Source: a virus
Length of the DNA: 49,848 nucleotides
IMG/VR virus record: IMGVR_UViG_3300032157_000014
Location: 1 to 49,848 of that record
Direction: 5' to 3' (one strand)
The notes beneath the pieces were generated by a model. It was not told where the DNA came from, searched no databases, and worked only from the letters and a program-made list of their open reading frames with translations. A program made the translations under genes and the position numbers. This document shows, one piece after another, positions 1 through 7,683 of the stretch (its first letter is position 1; each line of letters starts with the position of its first letter).

Positions 1-127
1 GGCGTCCTGGCGCAGCCCTGGGACGATCTTCGAGGCCACGCCTGTCTTGTTCTTCCCCATGTCGACCAGCTGCAGCTCGGGGACCTCGATGCCGGCGGCC
101 TGGTACAGCTTGCCGGTGAGGACCTCG
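1..127. repeat. Terminal direct repeat, copy 1 (matches 49722..49848); circular-closure overlap
   Basis: ggcgtcctggcgcagccctgggacgatcttcgagg...ccggtgaggacctcg occurs at both window ends. The reading frame of the flanking minus-strand ORF is continuous across the junction. Confidence 0.9.
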
Positions 128-1782
128 TTCCGCGCGGCGTCGACGCTGGCCGGGGTCTTGATGTACCACTCCTCGCCGGTGCCCTTGTTCCGGTAGGTGC
201 CCCCCGGGTTGCTGCCGCGCTGCGCGCCGACCAGGTCGAAGTCGGCGATCCGGAACTCGCCCGCGGCCGCGGCCTTCTTCGCCGCCTCCTGCTTCGCGAG
301 CTCGAGCTTGGCGAGGAACGCTTCCTTCTCGGCCGGCGCGATCTTCTCGAGCGCCTGGACGGCCGCCGGCGGCGGCTCCTTGCCGGCGAGCGCCGCCTTC
401 TTGTACTTGGAGAGCTGATCGCTGATCAGCTTCTTCGCCTTGATCACCGCGGCGTCGGCCAGGACCTGGTCCAGCTGGGCCGTAGGCTCGAGCGCCTTCA
501 GTTTGCCGGCCGCCTTCAGCTTTTTCAGCGCCTGGAACTCGTGCCCCTTCGCCGCGGCCGCGATCGCGTCGAGCTTGTCCTGGGCCGCCTTCTGCTTGGC
601 GATCTCGGCCGCCTTGGCCAGCGCCGCGGCCTTCTTCGCCGCCAGCGCCTCAGCCGCGGCTTTCGCCGCCTCGCTGGCCTCGTCGATCGCAGTGACGCGC
701 TTCATCACCACGCTGAGCGGCGTGCGGATCATGCCGCCGCTCGTGATCTTGCCGCGCTGGAAGAGCTCCATCTTCCCCTTGCCGAGCACTCCCTTCTGCC
801 GCTCGGGCGACAGCCGCTTCAGCGCATCGAGTGAGGTTTCTTTGCCAGCCTTGTCGGCGTCCGAGATCTCGTCTTCGAACGCGATCACCACGAAGGAAAG
901 CGTGTTCGGGTGCGCGGGCCAGGGCGTCTTCTCGCGCGTCGGATAGACGCCGGGCCCGAGGCCGTAGAGGTTCTGCGTGCTGAGGAGATCGCAGATGTCC
1001 GGCTCGGGGTGCGCCGGTGAGAGCAGGTAACGCCAGCCGGCGAAGCCTCGCGTCTGCGCCGCGCCCTTCATGTAGGCCTCGCCGTGCGCGCGGTTGATCT
1101 CGGTGCGGAAGAGCCGCATCGCATTGTCCATCGGCGTGCCCGGGCCCTTGAGCAGCGCCTCGCCGGTCTTCTTCGCGAGCTCGTCGGCCGCGGCCGCGCC
1201 GATCTTGTCGCGCAGCTCCTGCGGCACCGGGAGGCTCTTGCCCATGAGATCCGCGGCCGCCCTGGACGCGCTGTGTCCCTGGATTACCGCCTGCTGGATC
1301 CTGGAGGCGATCAGGTCCTTGGCGTGCTGGTCGATGCGCCAGATGCGATCGGCGAGCTGCAGGCCGTCCGCAGCGATGAACGTGCGCACGAACTGCAGCG
1401 CCTCGTCTGCGATCGCCATGCCGGCCTCGGTGGTGATCACCGCCTGCGAGGTGAGGCTGCCGGTGAGCGGCCGCACGCCGAGGTTCGCCGCCTGCACCAG
1501 GCCTCCCTGCAGGATCACGTTCTTGGCCTCGGCCAGCTGGTCCAGCACGGCGTTGACCTGGTCCAGCGCGTTCTTCATCTCCTGCAGCGCGAGGTTGCCG
1601 TCCGGGCCCGCGGCGGTGGCGATCCTGGCCGAGATCTCGGCCGCCGCCTGCTTGTAGACGCGCTCGAGGCTCGCCAGGCCCTCCTTGTCGAGCTGGGCGA
1701 CGTCCTTGTGCGCGGCGAACGTCGCCCGCCGGATCCCGGCCTGCAGGGCGGTGCGCGCCGGCTCGGCGAGCTGGATAGTCAT
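1..1782 (-). CDS. MuF-domain polyvalent head protein, N-terminal (5') part; the ORF runs off the left edge and continues 49721->47646 (about 1,285 aa in total)
   Basis: Hand translation from ATG 1780-1782, which forms an ATGA overlap with the upstream stop: MTIQLAEPARTALQAGIRRATFAAHKDVAQLDKE.... It contains ...PGTPMDNAMRLFRTEINRAHGEAYMKGA..., the Phage_Mu_F / SPP1 gp7 signature. An Ala/Lys/Glu-rich linker follows, then ...GSNPGGTYRNKGTGEEWYIKTPASVDAARNEVLTGKLYQAAGIEVPELQLVDMGKNK, running in frame to position 1. There is no stop in this frame, which explains its absence from the ORF track. Confidence 0.8.
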   Translation of the reverse strand, partial: MTIQLAEPARTALQAGIRRATFAAHKDVAQLDKEGLASLERVYKQAAAEISARIATAAGPDGNLALQEMKNALDQVNAVLDQLAEAKNVILQGGLVQAANLGVRPLTGSLTSQAVITTEAGMAIADEALQFVRTFIAADGLQLADRIWRIDQHAKDLIASRIQQAVIQGHSASRAAADLMGKSLPVPQELRDKIGAAAADELAKKTGEALLKGPGTPMDNAMRLFRTEINRAHGEAYMKGAAQTRGFAGWRYLLSPAHPEPDICDLLSTQNLYGLGPGVYPTREKTPWPAHPNTLSFVVIAFEDEISDADKAGKETSLDALKRLSPERQKGVLGKGKMELFQRGKITSGGMIRTPLSVVMKRVTAIDEASEAAKAAAEALAAKKAAALAKAAEIAKQKAAQDKLDAIAAAAKGHEFQALKKLKAAGKLKALEPTAQLDQVLADAAVIKAKKLISDQLSKYKKAALAGKEPPPAAVQALEKIAPAEKEAFLAKLELAKQEAAKKAAAAGEFRIADFDLVGAQRGSNPGGTYRNKGTGEEWYIKTPASVDAARNEVLTGKLYQAAGIEVPELQLVDMGKNKTGVASKIVPGLRQDA

Positions 1783-2168
1783 CAGGGGAAATCTGGCAGC
1801 GGCACGGTCTGTCCGGAGAGCTTGTGCGTCGAATCGCTGCAGAACTCGATGCGGCCACCGCGGACGAAAGAATGGCAGATCGAGCAGCCGAATCCGGAAG
1901 GTTCCCGGCCGGCAGCGACTTCTGCTGCGTCATAGGTACACCAGCACTCGTCGACGCCCGGCTTGAAATGCCCTGCGTAGTGTCCGGACCGGATGAGAAT
2001 GCTCGGAGAAAAGGTCGGGCTGTCGACGTTGCCGTCCCAGATCCAGCCCTTGTCGCCGGCGCCTGTCTGTCCACGAACTGCAATGCCATGGGCTTCCTCA
2101 CAGCCTGGACACCAGAACGCCAGCTGGCCGCCCTCGATCGTCCGCATCAACCTACCGAGTGCAGCCAT
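1782..2168 (-). CDS. Small Cys-rich Zn-ribbon protein (DUF6527-like), 128 aa
   Basis: This is the C-terminal, normal-composition part of track ORF 1782..3401: MAALGRLMRTIEGGQLAFWCPGCEEAHGIAV...WIWDGNVDSPTFSPSILIR...CSICHSFV. There are ATGA overlaps with the portal stop (2168) and with the MuF start (1782). Confidence 0.65.
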   Translation of the reverse strand: MAALGRLMRTIEGGQLAFWCPGCEEAHGIAVRGQTGAGDKGWIWDGNVDSPTFSPSILIRSGHYAGHFKPGVDECWCTYDAAEVAAGREPSGFGCSICHSFVRGGRIEFCSDSTHKLSGQTVPLPDFP

Positions 2169-3556
2169 CACTTGTTCTTGATCGACGTCGCGCTCTCGCC
2201 CTTGCGCGCGTTGCCTGGCGTAATGCTCACCTTGCCGGCGCCGCCCGCGGGAGTGATCGCCATGGGATCCGGATACGGATCCACGTTCTCGCGCTCCCAC
2301 TCCTGGCGCTGGCGCACGTAGGTCGCGTTGTCGCCCATCGCTTCGAACAGCATCCCGGCCGGGTATCCCAGCGCCTGCATCTTGAGCGCGAGGTCGGCGG
2401 TCTGATTCTTCGTCTCTGTCCGCCGCTCGGCGAACTCGATGCAGAAGTCCTCCGCGTCCGGGTTGATGCCCTTGAGCAGCAGCTGGAAGCGAAAGATCGC
2501 CTCGTAGGCGTAAGCCAGCGTGTCCTGGATCTCGTCGATCGAGTCGTAGTAGTCGCGCTTCATGTCCTCGAGGATGTCGCGCGCCATGTCCTCGGTGAAC
2601 CCCATGAGCCCCTTCGGAGTGCCGGATCCGGAGAAGAAGCAGTCGACCAGGTAGGCGATGTCCTTGATGTGGTCCAGGTTCGCGTCGCCGCTGACCGCGG
2701 TGACGCCGCCCTTCTTGTTCGAGTAGAAGTCGGTGGTGATCTCGTTCTGATCCTTCTCGACCTCGGCGCGGTAGGTGTCGAGCTGTTCCTTGGTCGCACC
2801 CTCGAGGATGTGGCTGAACCGAAGCGGCGCGCGCGTGCGCCGGCGGATCACCAGGTCCTGATCGGTCATTTTCAGCTTCTGCCAGCAGCTGCGGTTCGAA
2901 TCCAGGAACGGCCGGCCGAGCGATCCCAGGTCGTCGAAGTTGTCGGGGTCGAACCGGCAGACAAAGAGCTTCCACAGCGGGAACGCCGCTCGCTCGGCGC
3001 CCGTCATCACGTCGATCTGCAGGTAGGCGCGCTGAATGTCGTTGAAGCGTCCGCCCGGGTTCGTGTTCGGCTTGATCGTCTCGGAGGGCATCCGCACGGC
3101 GGCGAGGATGTCCGGTGCGCCGGAGCTCGGATTGTCCAGGACGATCTGCAGGGGCAGGTTGCCTTCCATCGCCAGGCCCTTCGCATCGCTCTTCAGCTTC
3201 TCGATGCGATTGAGCTGCAGCCGGCGGCCGAATTCGCGCCAGAGCTGCGCGACCTTCTCGTTCTCCTGGGCCTGCTTCAGGACCAGGCCGCCCTTCACGG
3301 TGTCGCGCGCGATCCTCTTGTGGATCTGCTTGACGCGGCCGTCTTCCTTGTCCATCTGCCGCACGTCGAGGATCGACTGGCGAAGCTCGGGATCCACCCA
3401 CATGAGGTCATACATCGCCTTGAGCTCGTTCTCAGGCGTGGTCCTGACGCCCTTTTCATCCGACTGCACCGGCTTCTCGTTCGGCAGCCAGGAGGCGGCG
3501 TTTGGGAACTTCCCGCGCAGGAAGGTGAAGGTGCTCTCGAGCAGGTTCATTCGCAT
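2168..3556 (-). CDS. Portal protein
   Basis: 462-aa ORF of normal composition. It lies between the large terminase and the MuF-domain gene, the canonical TerL-portal-MuF order. Confidence 0.7.
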   Translation of the reverse strand: MRMNLLESTFTFLRGKFPNAASWLPNEKPVQSDEKGVRTTPENELKAMYDLMWVDPELRQSILDVRQMDKEDGRVKQIHKRIARDTVKGGLVLKQAQENEKVAQLWREFGRRLQLNRIEKLKSDAKGLAMEGNLPLQIVLDNPSSGAPDILAAVRMPSETIKPNTNPGGRFNDIQRAYLQIDVMTGAERAAFPLWKLFVCRFDPDNFDDLGSLGRPFLDSNRSCWQKLKMTDQDLVIRRRTRAPLRFSHILEGATKEQLDTYRAEVEKDQNEITTDFYSNKKGGVTAVSGDANLDHIKDIAYLVDCFFSGSGTPKGLMGFTEDMARDILEDMKRDYYDSIDEIQDTLAYAYEAIFRFQLLLKGINPDAEDFCIEFAERRTETKNQTADLALKMQALGYPAGMLFEAMGDNATYVRQRQEWERENVDPYPDPMAITPAGGAGKVSITPGNARKGESATSIKNK

Positions 3557-3720
3557 TTCTCCTTGAGATCGAGGCGCACGATCGCGCGCCAGCCCGGGAC
3601 CATGCCGAGATCGAACAGCGCTCGGAAATGGTCCTGCTTTTCCGGAAACAGTTTCTTGAACAGCGCCCGGCGTTCCTGGGCGACGCCCGGATCGTCTTCC
3701 ACGGGGTGGCCGGAGATCAT
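3547..3720 (-). CDS. Hypothetical small protein (57 aa)
   Basis: Tail of shadow ORF 3547..4308: MISGHPVEDDPGVAQERRALFKKLFPEKQDHFRALFDLGMVPGWRAIVRLDLKEKCE. ATGA overlap with the TerL stop at 3717. Confidence 0.5.
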   Translation of the reverse strand: MISGHPVEDDPGVAQERRALFKKLFPEKQDHFRALFDLGMVPGWRAIVRLDLKEKCE

Positions 3721-5369
3721 GCCGCCGCCCTCGCCGGCAGCCGCGGCGCGACGCCGAGCAGCTGCTCCCTCGTCTGAGTGCGGTGGCTGATCACGGTCGG
3801 GATATCGAGCACCCCGCGCGTCACCAGGGCCCACACGGCCGCCATAGCGGCGTCGAAGCCGTCGTCGCCGAGCGTGGTGTTCGCCATCTTGTAGCTCGCG
3901 TAGCTGACCTTCGTGGCCTCGGCGCGGATGTTGTTCAGCTGTCGGATGAAGAGCGTCCAGGCTGACGCGTCCGGATCCAGGCCTGCGAGGGACGGCGGTA
4001 CCAGCAGGACTTTGCGGCCGGTGTCGGCCTTCAGCGCGTCGGCGCCGTCGTCGATGAAGGGGATCGCGGCCTGGGCGTTGTGGAAGATGGACCGCAGCGC
4101 GCTCGCCATGCTGTGCTTCGTCATGCCTTCGAAGCGGATCGGCGCGAAGGCCCACTCCTGCCAGGTGGTCGCGGTGCTCTGGCCCTCGCCGATCGTGCGC
4201 CGGTCGATCTGCGTGAGCCCGCGGGCGAAGAGCTTGTCGTTGACGCTGGTGAGCAGGCCGATGCCGTAGGCGTCGCCGATCGCGTAGTCGGGGTTGAAGT
4301 ACTCCCACAGCCCGACCAGGTCCGCCTCGATGATCTTCTCGTCCGTCCCGGCCGGCCAGTAGCGCACGTAGGCGAAGAACGTGAAGCCGCCGATCTGCTC
4401 AGCGACCACCAGGCAGGACTTCGAGGCGTGCAGGCTCTCGCCGTGGCCGAGGTGGTCGTAGCCGAACGAGAGCAGCCCGCGCTTCTTGTACTTGACTCCC
4501 GGCAGTGGGCCAGCCGCCGCGAGGCCTGCCTTGAGGCCCACCGCCATCGCCAGGCGTATATACCGCTCCCAGATGTGATTCTGCGAGCTCACGTTCCTGC
4601 AGAGGAACTGGCGTATGTACTCGCCCTCGGGCAGCTGCGCGCGCATGTCGAGCATGAAGGCCTCGTTGATGATGCCGAGCTCGATGCCCAGGTACACGTT
4701 CACCGTGGGCAGCAGGTGATACTGCCCGGAGTCGATCATGTGCTGCAGGGTGTCGGCGCCCTTGAAGACGCCGGTGATCCGGATCTGCGGCTTGAAGCTC
4801 GCGTCCCGCCGCACCCCCAGGCGCCGCGCCGAGCCGAGCATGGGCAGGAAGCGCGAGAGCAGCCGTTCCGCCGGCATGTCGTCGATCTCCTCGATCGACG
4901 CGTAGCTGAGCGAGTCGCCGTCGATCTGCGACATGATCCCGTAGGCCTGCGCCTTGGAGCCGTTGTAGAACTGGTAGCGCGTGTCGGTGAGCTGCTCGCG
5001 GCCGCTCTTCCAGTTCATGAAGGCCCGCAGCATCGGCGATCGCCGGATCGCATCGAGGTGGTAGTTCAGGTTCGTCTGCGCCTGCTGCTGCCGCGGCGCG
5101 ACGATCCCGACCTCCTGGTGCGCCGTCGTCGCGTTGAATTCCAGCGCGTGCAGCTCCTTCACCGCGGTCTTGCCCGTCCGCCTGCAGGAGACGTCGACCG
5201 TGTTGGGGTTGCGGTCCATCTCGATCATCTTCAGGACCTGCACCGGATCCAGCTCTACGTTGTGCACGTGCTTGTGCCAGAGGAGGTGATCCCCCAGGTA
5301 GCGGCCGATCTCGGCCTCGGCGCGGTGCGCGACCCGGGCCCGCTCGGTCCTGGAGACGCGGCTGCTCAC
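3717..5369 (-). CDS. Terminase large subunit
   Basis: 550 aa. Walker A-like VSCRRTGKTAV and Walker B-like SYASIEEIDD, with a nuclease-sized C-terminal half. Located just upstream of the portal gene. Confidence 0.8.
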   Translation of the reverse strand: MSSRVSRTERARVAHRAEAEIGRYLGDHLLWHKHVHNVELDPVQVLKMIEMDRNPNTVDVSCRRTGKTAVKELHALEFNATTAHQEVGIVAPRQQQAQTNLNYHLDAIRRSPMLRAFMNWKSGREQLTDTRYQFYNGSKAQAYGIMSQIDGDSLSYASIEEIDDMPAERLLSRFLPMLGSARRLGVRRDASFKPQIRITGVFKGADTLQHMIDSGQYHLLPTVNVYLGIELGIINEAFMLDMRAQLPEGEYIRQFLCRNVSSQNHIWERYIRLAMAVGLKAGLAAAGPLPGVKYKKRGLLSFGYDHLGHGESLHASKSCLVVAEQIGGFTFFAYVRYWPAGTDEKIIEADLVGLWEYFNPDYAIGDAYGIGLLTSVNDKLFARGLTQIDRRTIGEGQSTATTWQEWAFAPIRFEGMTKHSMASALRSIFHNAQAAIPFIDDGADALKADTGRKVLLVPPSLAGLDPDASAWTLFIRQLNNIRAEATKVSYASYKMANTTLGDDGFDAAMAAVWALVTRGVLDIPTVISHRTQTREQLLGVAPRLPARAAA

Positions 5370-6370
5370 GTCTTCGCCGGCGGCGTGGGCTCATGCATGC
5401 CGGTCGCCTTGTTGTACTCGAGGAGCACCGGATCCTGATCGGTCTGCTGCTTCGCCCGGTCCATCCTGCCGGCGAGGCCATCCATCACGCCCAGGACGCG
5501 ATTCTGGAACGCGGTGAGGTCCTCCTTCGGCGCTGCGCGGCCGCTCAGCTGGCCCAGGTCCTCGTCCTGGGACTCGGCCTGCTTCGCCGTCATGCCCATG
5601 TCGCCCAAGGACAGGTTTGCCGACTTGATCAGCTCGCCCAGCGGCTTCAGCAACGGGTGAGCGGTGATCTCCATGATCGGCTTGACCTCGCCGCTCGCCT
5701 CATCGAGGACCTCCGCCAGGTGGAATCCGCCGTCCTTGTCCGAGTACCAGCATGGCGCCGAGATCTTCACGCCATCGGCGATCACCTGCTGCAGGATCAT
5801 CTGCAGGACCGAGAAGATCGCCGCGTGCGTGCCGGCGTAGATCGGCATCAGGTGGCGCGGATCCTTCTGGTCAAACGCCGCGTGGTGCAGCATGAAGTGC
5901 TCGGTACGCTTCACGCAGGCCGGCTGCGCCGCGCACCAGCCGCGGTTCACGTCGCAGGTCGAACAGAACGTGTAGCCGTCTGGCTTGGACGGGAAGTAGG
6001 TCGCGACCTGGGCGCTCATGCCGTGCTGCATGGCGTTGAACCTGGTGCGCCTGGCTTCTTCCTCGGTCGGGTGGCCCTTGAGGTTCTCGGCCGCGGCGGC
6101 CTTGCCCTCCGCCGTCGTTGGGCCCGTGGCATTCACCCAGGCCTTGAACAGCGCGCGCTCGAACGGCGCCTGGACGCACTGCGCTTTGCAGTGCGGGCAG
6201 GCCCCGCTGTATCGCCAGGGATGGTGCGGCTGCTCGGGATCGTCCTCTACCCGCGCCGGCGCCGCTTTGAACGTGAACGGGCGTTTCTTCTTCCCGCCTT
6301 CCTCGTCCAGGCAGTGCGCGCAGACAAAAGTAATCTCGCCGAGGGGACGCGAGCGGTCGAGTTTCGGCAC
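5366..6370 (-). CDS. Putative terminase small subunit / Cys-rich DNA-binding protein
   Basis: 334 aa with a GTG start. Contains CAHC...CPHC and CSTC...C motifs. Sits immediately upstream of TerL with an ATGA overlap. The function is assigned from position only. Confidence 0.4.
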   Translation of the reverse strand: MPKLDRSRPLGEITFVCAHCLDEEGGKKKRPFTFKAAPARVEDDPEQPHHPWRYSGACPHCKAQCVQAPFERALFKAWVNATGPTTAEGKAAAAENLKGHPTEEEARRTRFNAMQHGMSAQVATYFPSKPDGYTFCSTCDVNRGWCAAQPACVKRTEHFMLHHAAFDQKDPRHLMPIYAGTHAAIFSVLQMILQQVIADGVKISAPCWYSDKDGGFHLAEVLDEASGEVKPIMEITAHPLLKPLGELIKSANLSLGDMGMTAKQAESQDEDLGQLSGRAAPKEDLTAFQNRVLGVMDGLAGRMDRAKQQTDQDPVLLEYNKATGMHEPTPPAKT

Positions 6371-6390
6371 CCTCGCATTCTCGGGGCCGC

Positions 6391-6416
6391 CGTCAAGACG
6401 AAACTAGGGGGGAAAA
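6391..6416 (-). promoter_or_regulatory. Conserved 26-nt intergenic motif, copy 1 (cgtcaagacgaaactaggggggaaaa)
   Basis: Identical 26-mer at 47272..47297. Both copies lie 4-6 nt after a minus-strand stop codon and before the next late gene. The minus-strand reading is TTTTCCCCCCTAGTTTCGTCTTGACG. Confidence 0.5.
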
Positions 6417-6419
6417 CCG

Positions 6420-6764
6420 TCAGCGCCGGCGCCGCGGCGGCCGCTTAGCGTTGGCGTGCTGCCAGCAGTTCATCTCGCACCACACCGTCGAATAGACCTT
6501 GCGCCGGTCCGGATCCGGGACCGCCGCCTTGAAGTTGTCGTAGTTGATCGCCATCGCATGCTCGAGCAGCGCGTCCGCGACCGCCTTCCTGGGCAGCTCG
6601 GCGCGGAAGAGGTAGTCCGCGGCCGGCGTCCGCTTCACCTTCACCGCCAGGTGCGGGAAGGCCCGCTCGATATCGCCGGCCAGCCGCGCCCTCACCAGGA
6701 GGGTGTCACGCTTGTCCCGATGGGCTACGATGGACAGGAAGGCCTCCCGCAGGTAGATCCACAT
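6420..6764 (-). CDS. Hypothetical protein (114 aa), first gene of the late/packaging block
   Basis: Normal composition: MWIYLREAFLSIVAHRDKRDTLLVRARLAGDIERAF.... Basic C-terminus. Its ATG shares one base with the stop of the recombinase-remnant frame. Confidence 0.6.
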   Translation of the reverse strand: MWIYLREAFLSIVAHRDKRDTLLVRARLAGDIERAFPHLAVKVKRTPAADYLFRAELPRKAVADALLEHAMAINYDNFKAAVPDPDRRKVYSTVWCEMNCWQHANAKRPPRRRR

Positions 6765-6844
6765 CAGGCGGCCCTCCGCCAGTACGCCTCTGGCAGCGCG
6801 ATTTGGAGCTGAACGGTTCTAAGGTTGCCCAGGTCAGGGAGCCA
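6764..6844 (-). pseudogene. Orphan 3'-end remnant of a serine-recombinase gene (diverged copy of 7603..7683)
   Basis: Minus-strand translation is WLPDLGNLRTVQLQIALPEAYWRRAA*, against the intact gene's C-terminus WLPELGNLRTVRLEVDLPEDYWRRAA*. About 70 of 81 nt are identical, and homology ends abruptly at 6845. Confidence 0.75.
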
Positions 6845-6924
6845 CAAAAAATTCCGAAATAAGAACAGTGGCTTACAAAAGTCGCAAAATTTCATCGTTC
6901 ACATCTCTTTGAGTTGCAGTAGCT

Positions 6925-6950
6925 TTTGGTTCGAGTCCAGTTCGGGCTCA
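6925..6950 (+). other. tRNA 3'-end-like fragment (T-arm plus acceptor 3' strand); not an intact tRNA
   Basis: tttGGTTCGAGTCCagttcgggctca contains the canonical GGTTCGAGTCC T-stem/T-loop block. No complementary 5' acceptor strand is found about 70 nt upstream. Confidence 0.45.
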
Positions 6951-6954
6951 ATCA

Positions 6955-7194
6955 ATGGCACGCACCTCGAAAAAGCACAAGACAGCTTCCAAGCCGAAAA
7001 CGCGCATCGGCATTGGCACGCGTCGCATCCTCGTTATGAAGGTGGTCGAGCTCGGTGTGCCAGATCCGAAACGGGTCGCGCGTGCGTTTGTCGAGATTTT
7101 CAGGCCCGAAATCGAGAAGTGGCGTTACAGGTTTCACAATAAGAAAGCCGAAGCGAAGGCTCGGAAAAATCGCCGCAGAAAGCGCTCTACATAG
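6955..7194 (+). CDS. Basic small protein (79 aa) sharing a FRPEIE motif with the early 65-aa ORF at 25103..25300
   Basis: MARTSKKHKTASKPK...VPDPKRVARAFVEIFRPEIEKWRYRF...RKNRRRKRST, compared with ...VPGGFARDFCQIFRPEIESRF... in the 25103..25300 product. Confidence 0.5.
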   Translation: MARTSKKHKTASKPKTRIGIGTRRILVMKVVELGVPDPKRVARAFVEIFRPEIEKWRYRFHNKKAEAKARKNRRRKRST

Positions 7195-7263
7195 CGCCGT
7201 TGCTGGACACCGACCACAAGTGTCAACTATAAAGTCAACTAATACACGTTAGGCTCGTTACCC

Positions 7264-7587
7264 GTGGGATCCGTCGATCTTCGCTTTCTACCGCTGACGC
7301 TTTTGGCGATTTGTAGCGCATGGGTCGCGCCCGTTATTCTTGCTTGGGCCGTTGGGCTCGTTTTTCTCCCTGCCCGGCGGCGATATGCAATGTTTGTTCT
7401 GCGTTACGGCCTACTCGGTGGCGTTTTGGGCTTGTTGCTACTCGTGGTGCTTATGCACGCGTTTGGAACCTCTGGGGTGACTCCGGCGGGCCTTGCTTGG
7501 CTATTTTTCTTTGCTATGGGGTTCGGCTTTGTTGGCGTCGTAGTCGCGATTGTCGGGCTGTTCTCACGATGGCAAGCTGAACGTTAG
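7264..7587 (+). CDS. Integral membrane protein (107 aa, about 3-4 TM segments)
   Basis: GTG start. Hydrophobic stretches LTLLAICSAWVAPVILAWAVGLVFL, LLGGVLGLLLLVVLMHAF and LAWLFFFAMGFGFVGVVVAIVGLF. Confidence 0.55.
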   Translation: MGSVDLRFLPLTLLAICSAWVAPVILAWAVGLVFLPARRRYAMFVLRYGLLGGVLGLLLLVVLMHAFGTSGVTPAGLAWLFFFAMGFGFVGVVVAIVGLFSRWQAER

Positions 7588-7602
7588 AGGCTCGAGTCCC
7601 GT

Positions 7603-7683
7603 TCAGGCGGCCCTCCGCCAGTAGTCCTCTGGCAGATCAACTTCGAGCCGAACGGTTCTAAGGTTGCCCAGTTCGGGGAGCCA
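7603..7683. repeat. 81-bp direct repeat copy B (functional 3' end of the serine recombinase)
   Basis: Aligns with 6764..6844: tcaggcggccctccgccagta..cctctggcag......gaacggttctaaggttgcccag...agcca. Confidence 0.8.

Larger units (their letters stand above)
6845..7602. mobile_element. Low-GC inserted island (moron-like) bounded by the 81-bp direct repeats
   Basis: Visibly A+T-richer than its flanks (for example caaaaaattccgaaataagaac). It carries the only plus-strand ORFs in this part of the genome and a tRNA 3'-end fragment. Confidence 0.5.

Noticed and set aside
1-127. The terminal repeat interpreted as a biological short DTR or cos-type end.
   Set aside because: Sequence alone cannot establish this. 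The exact 127-bp length fits an assembler k-mer overlap, and the repeat falls in the middle of a coding region. It is kept only as a closure signal pending read-level analysis.
650-2101. Minus-strand 483-aa ORF, the N-terminal parts of 1782..3401, and similar Arg-rich minus-strand ORFs (for example 4399..5481, 13351..14376, 20467..21414 and 47632..48783).
   Set aside because: Shadow-frame composition. Each overlaps a better ORF in another frame on the same strand.
6866-6950. A possible intact tRNA gene ending at about 6949.
   Set aside because: Only the T-arm and the acceptor 3' strand are recognisable. There is no complementary 5' acceptor strand (agcccga) and no D-arm upstream, and the T-stem has a mismatch.
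7590-7609. A second tRNA-like T-arm (ggctcgagtcccgttcaggc) at the recombinase stop.
   Set aside because: The conserved T54 position is changed (GGCTCGAG) and the segment overlaps coding sequence. It may be chance similarity, and is mentioned only in connection with the 6925..6950 fragment.
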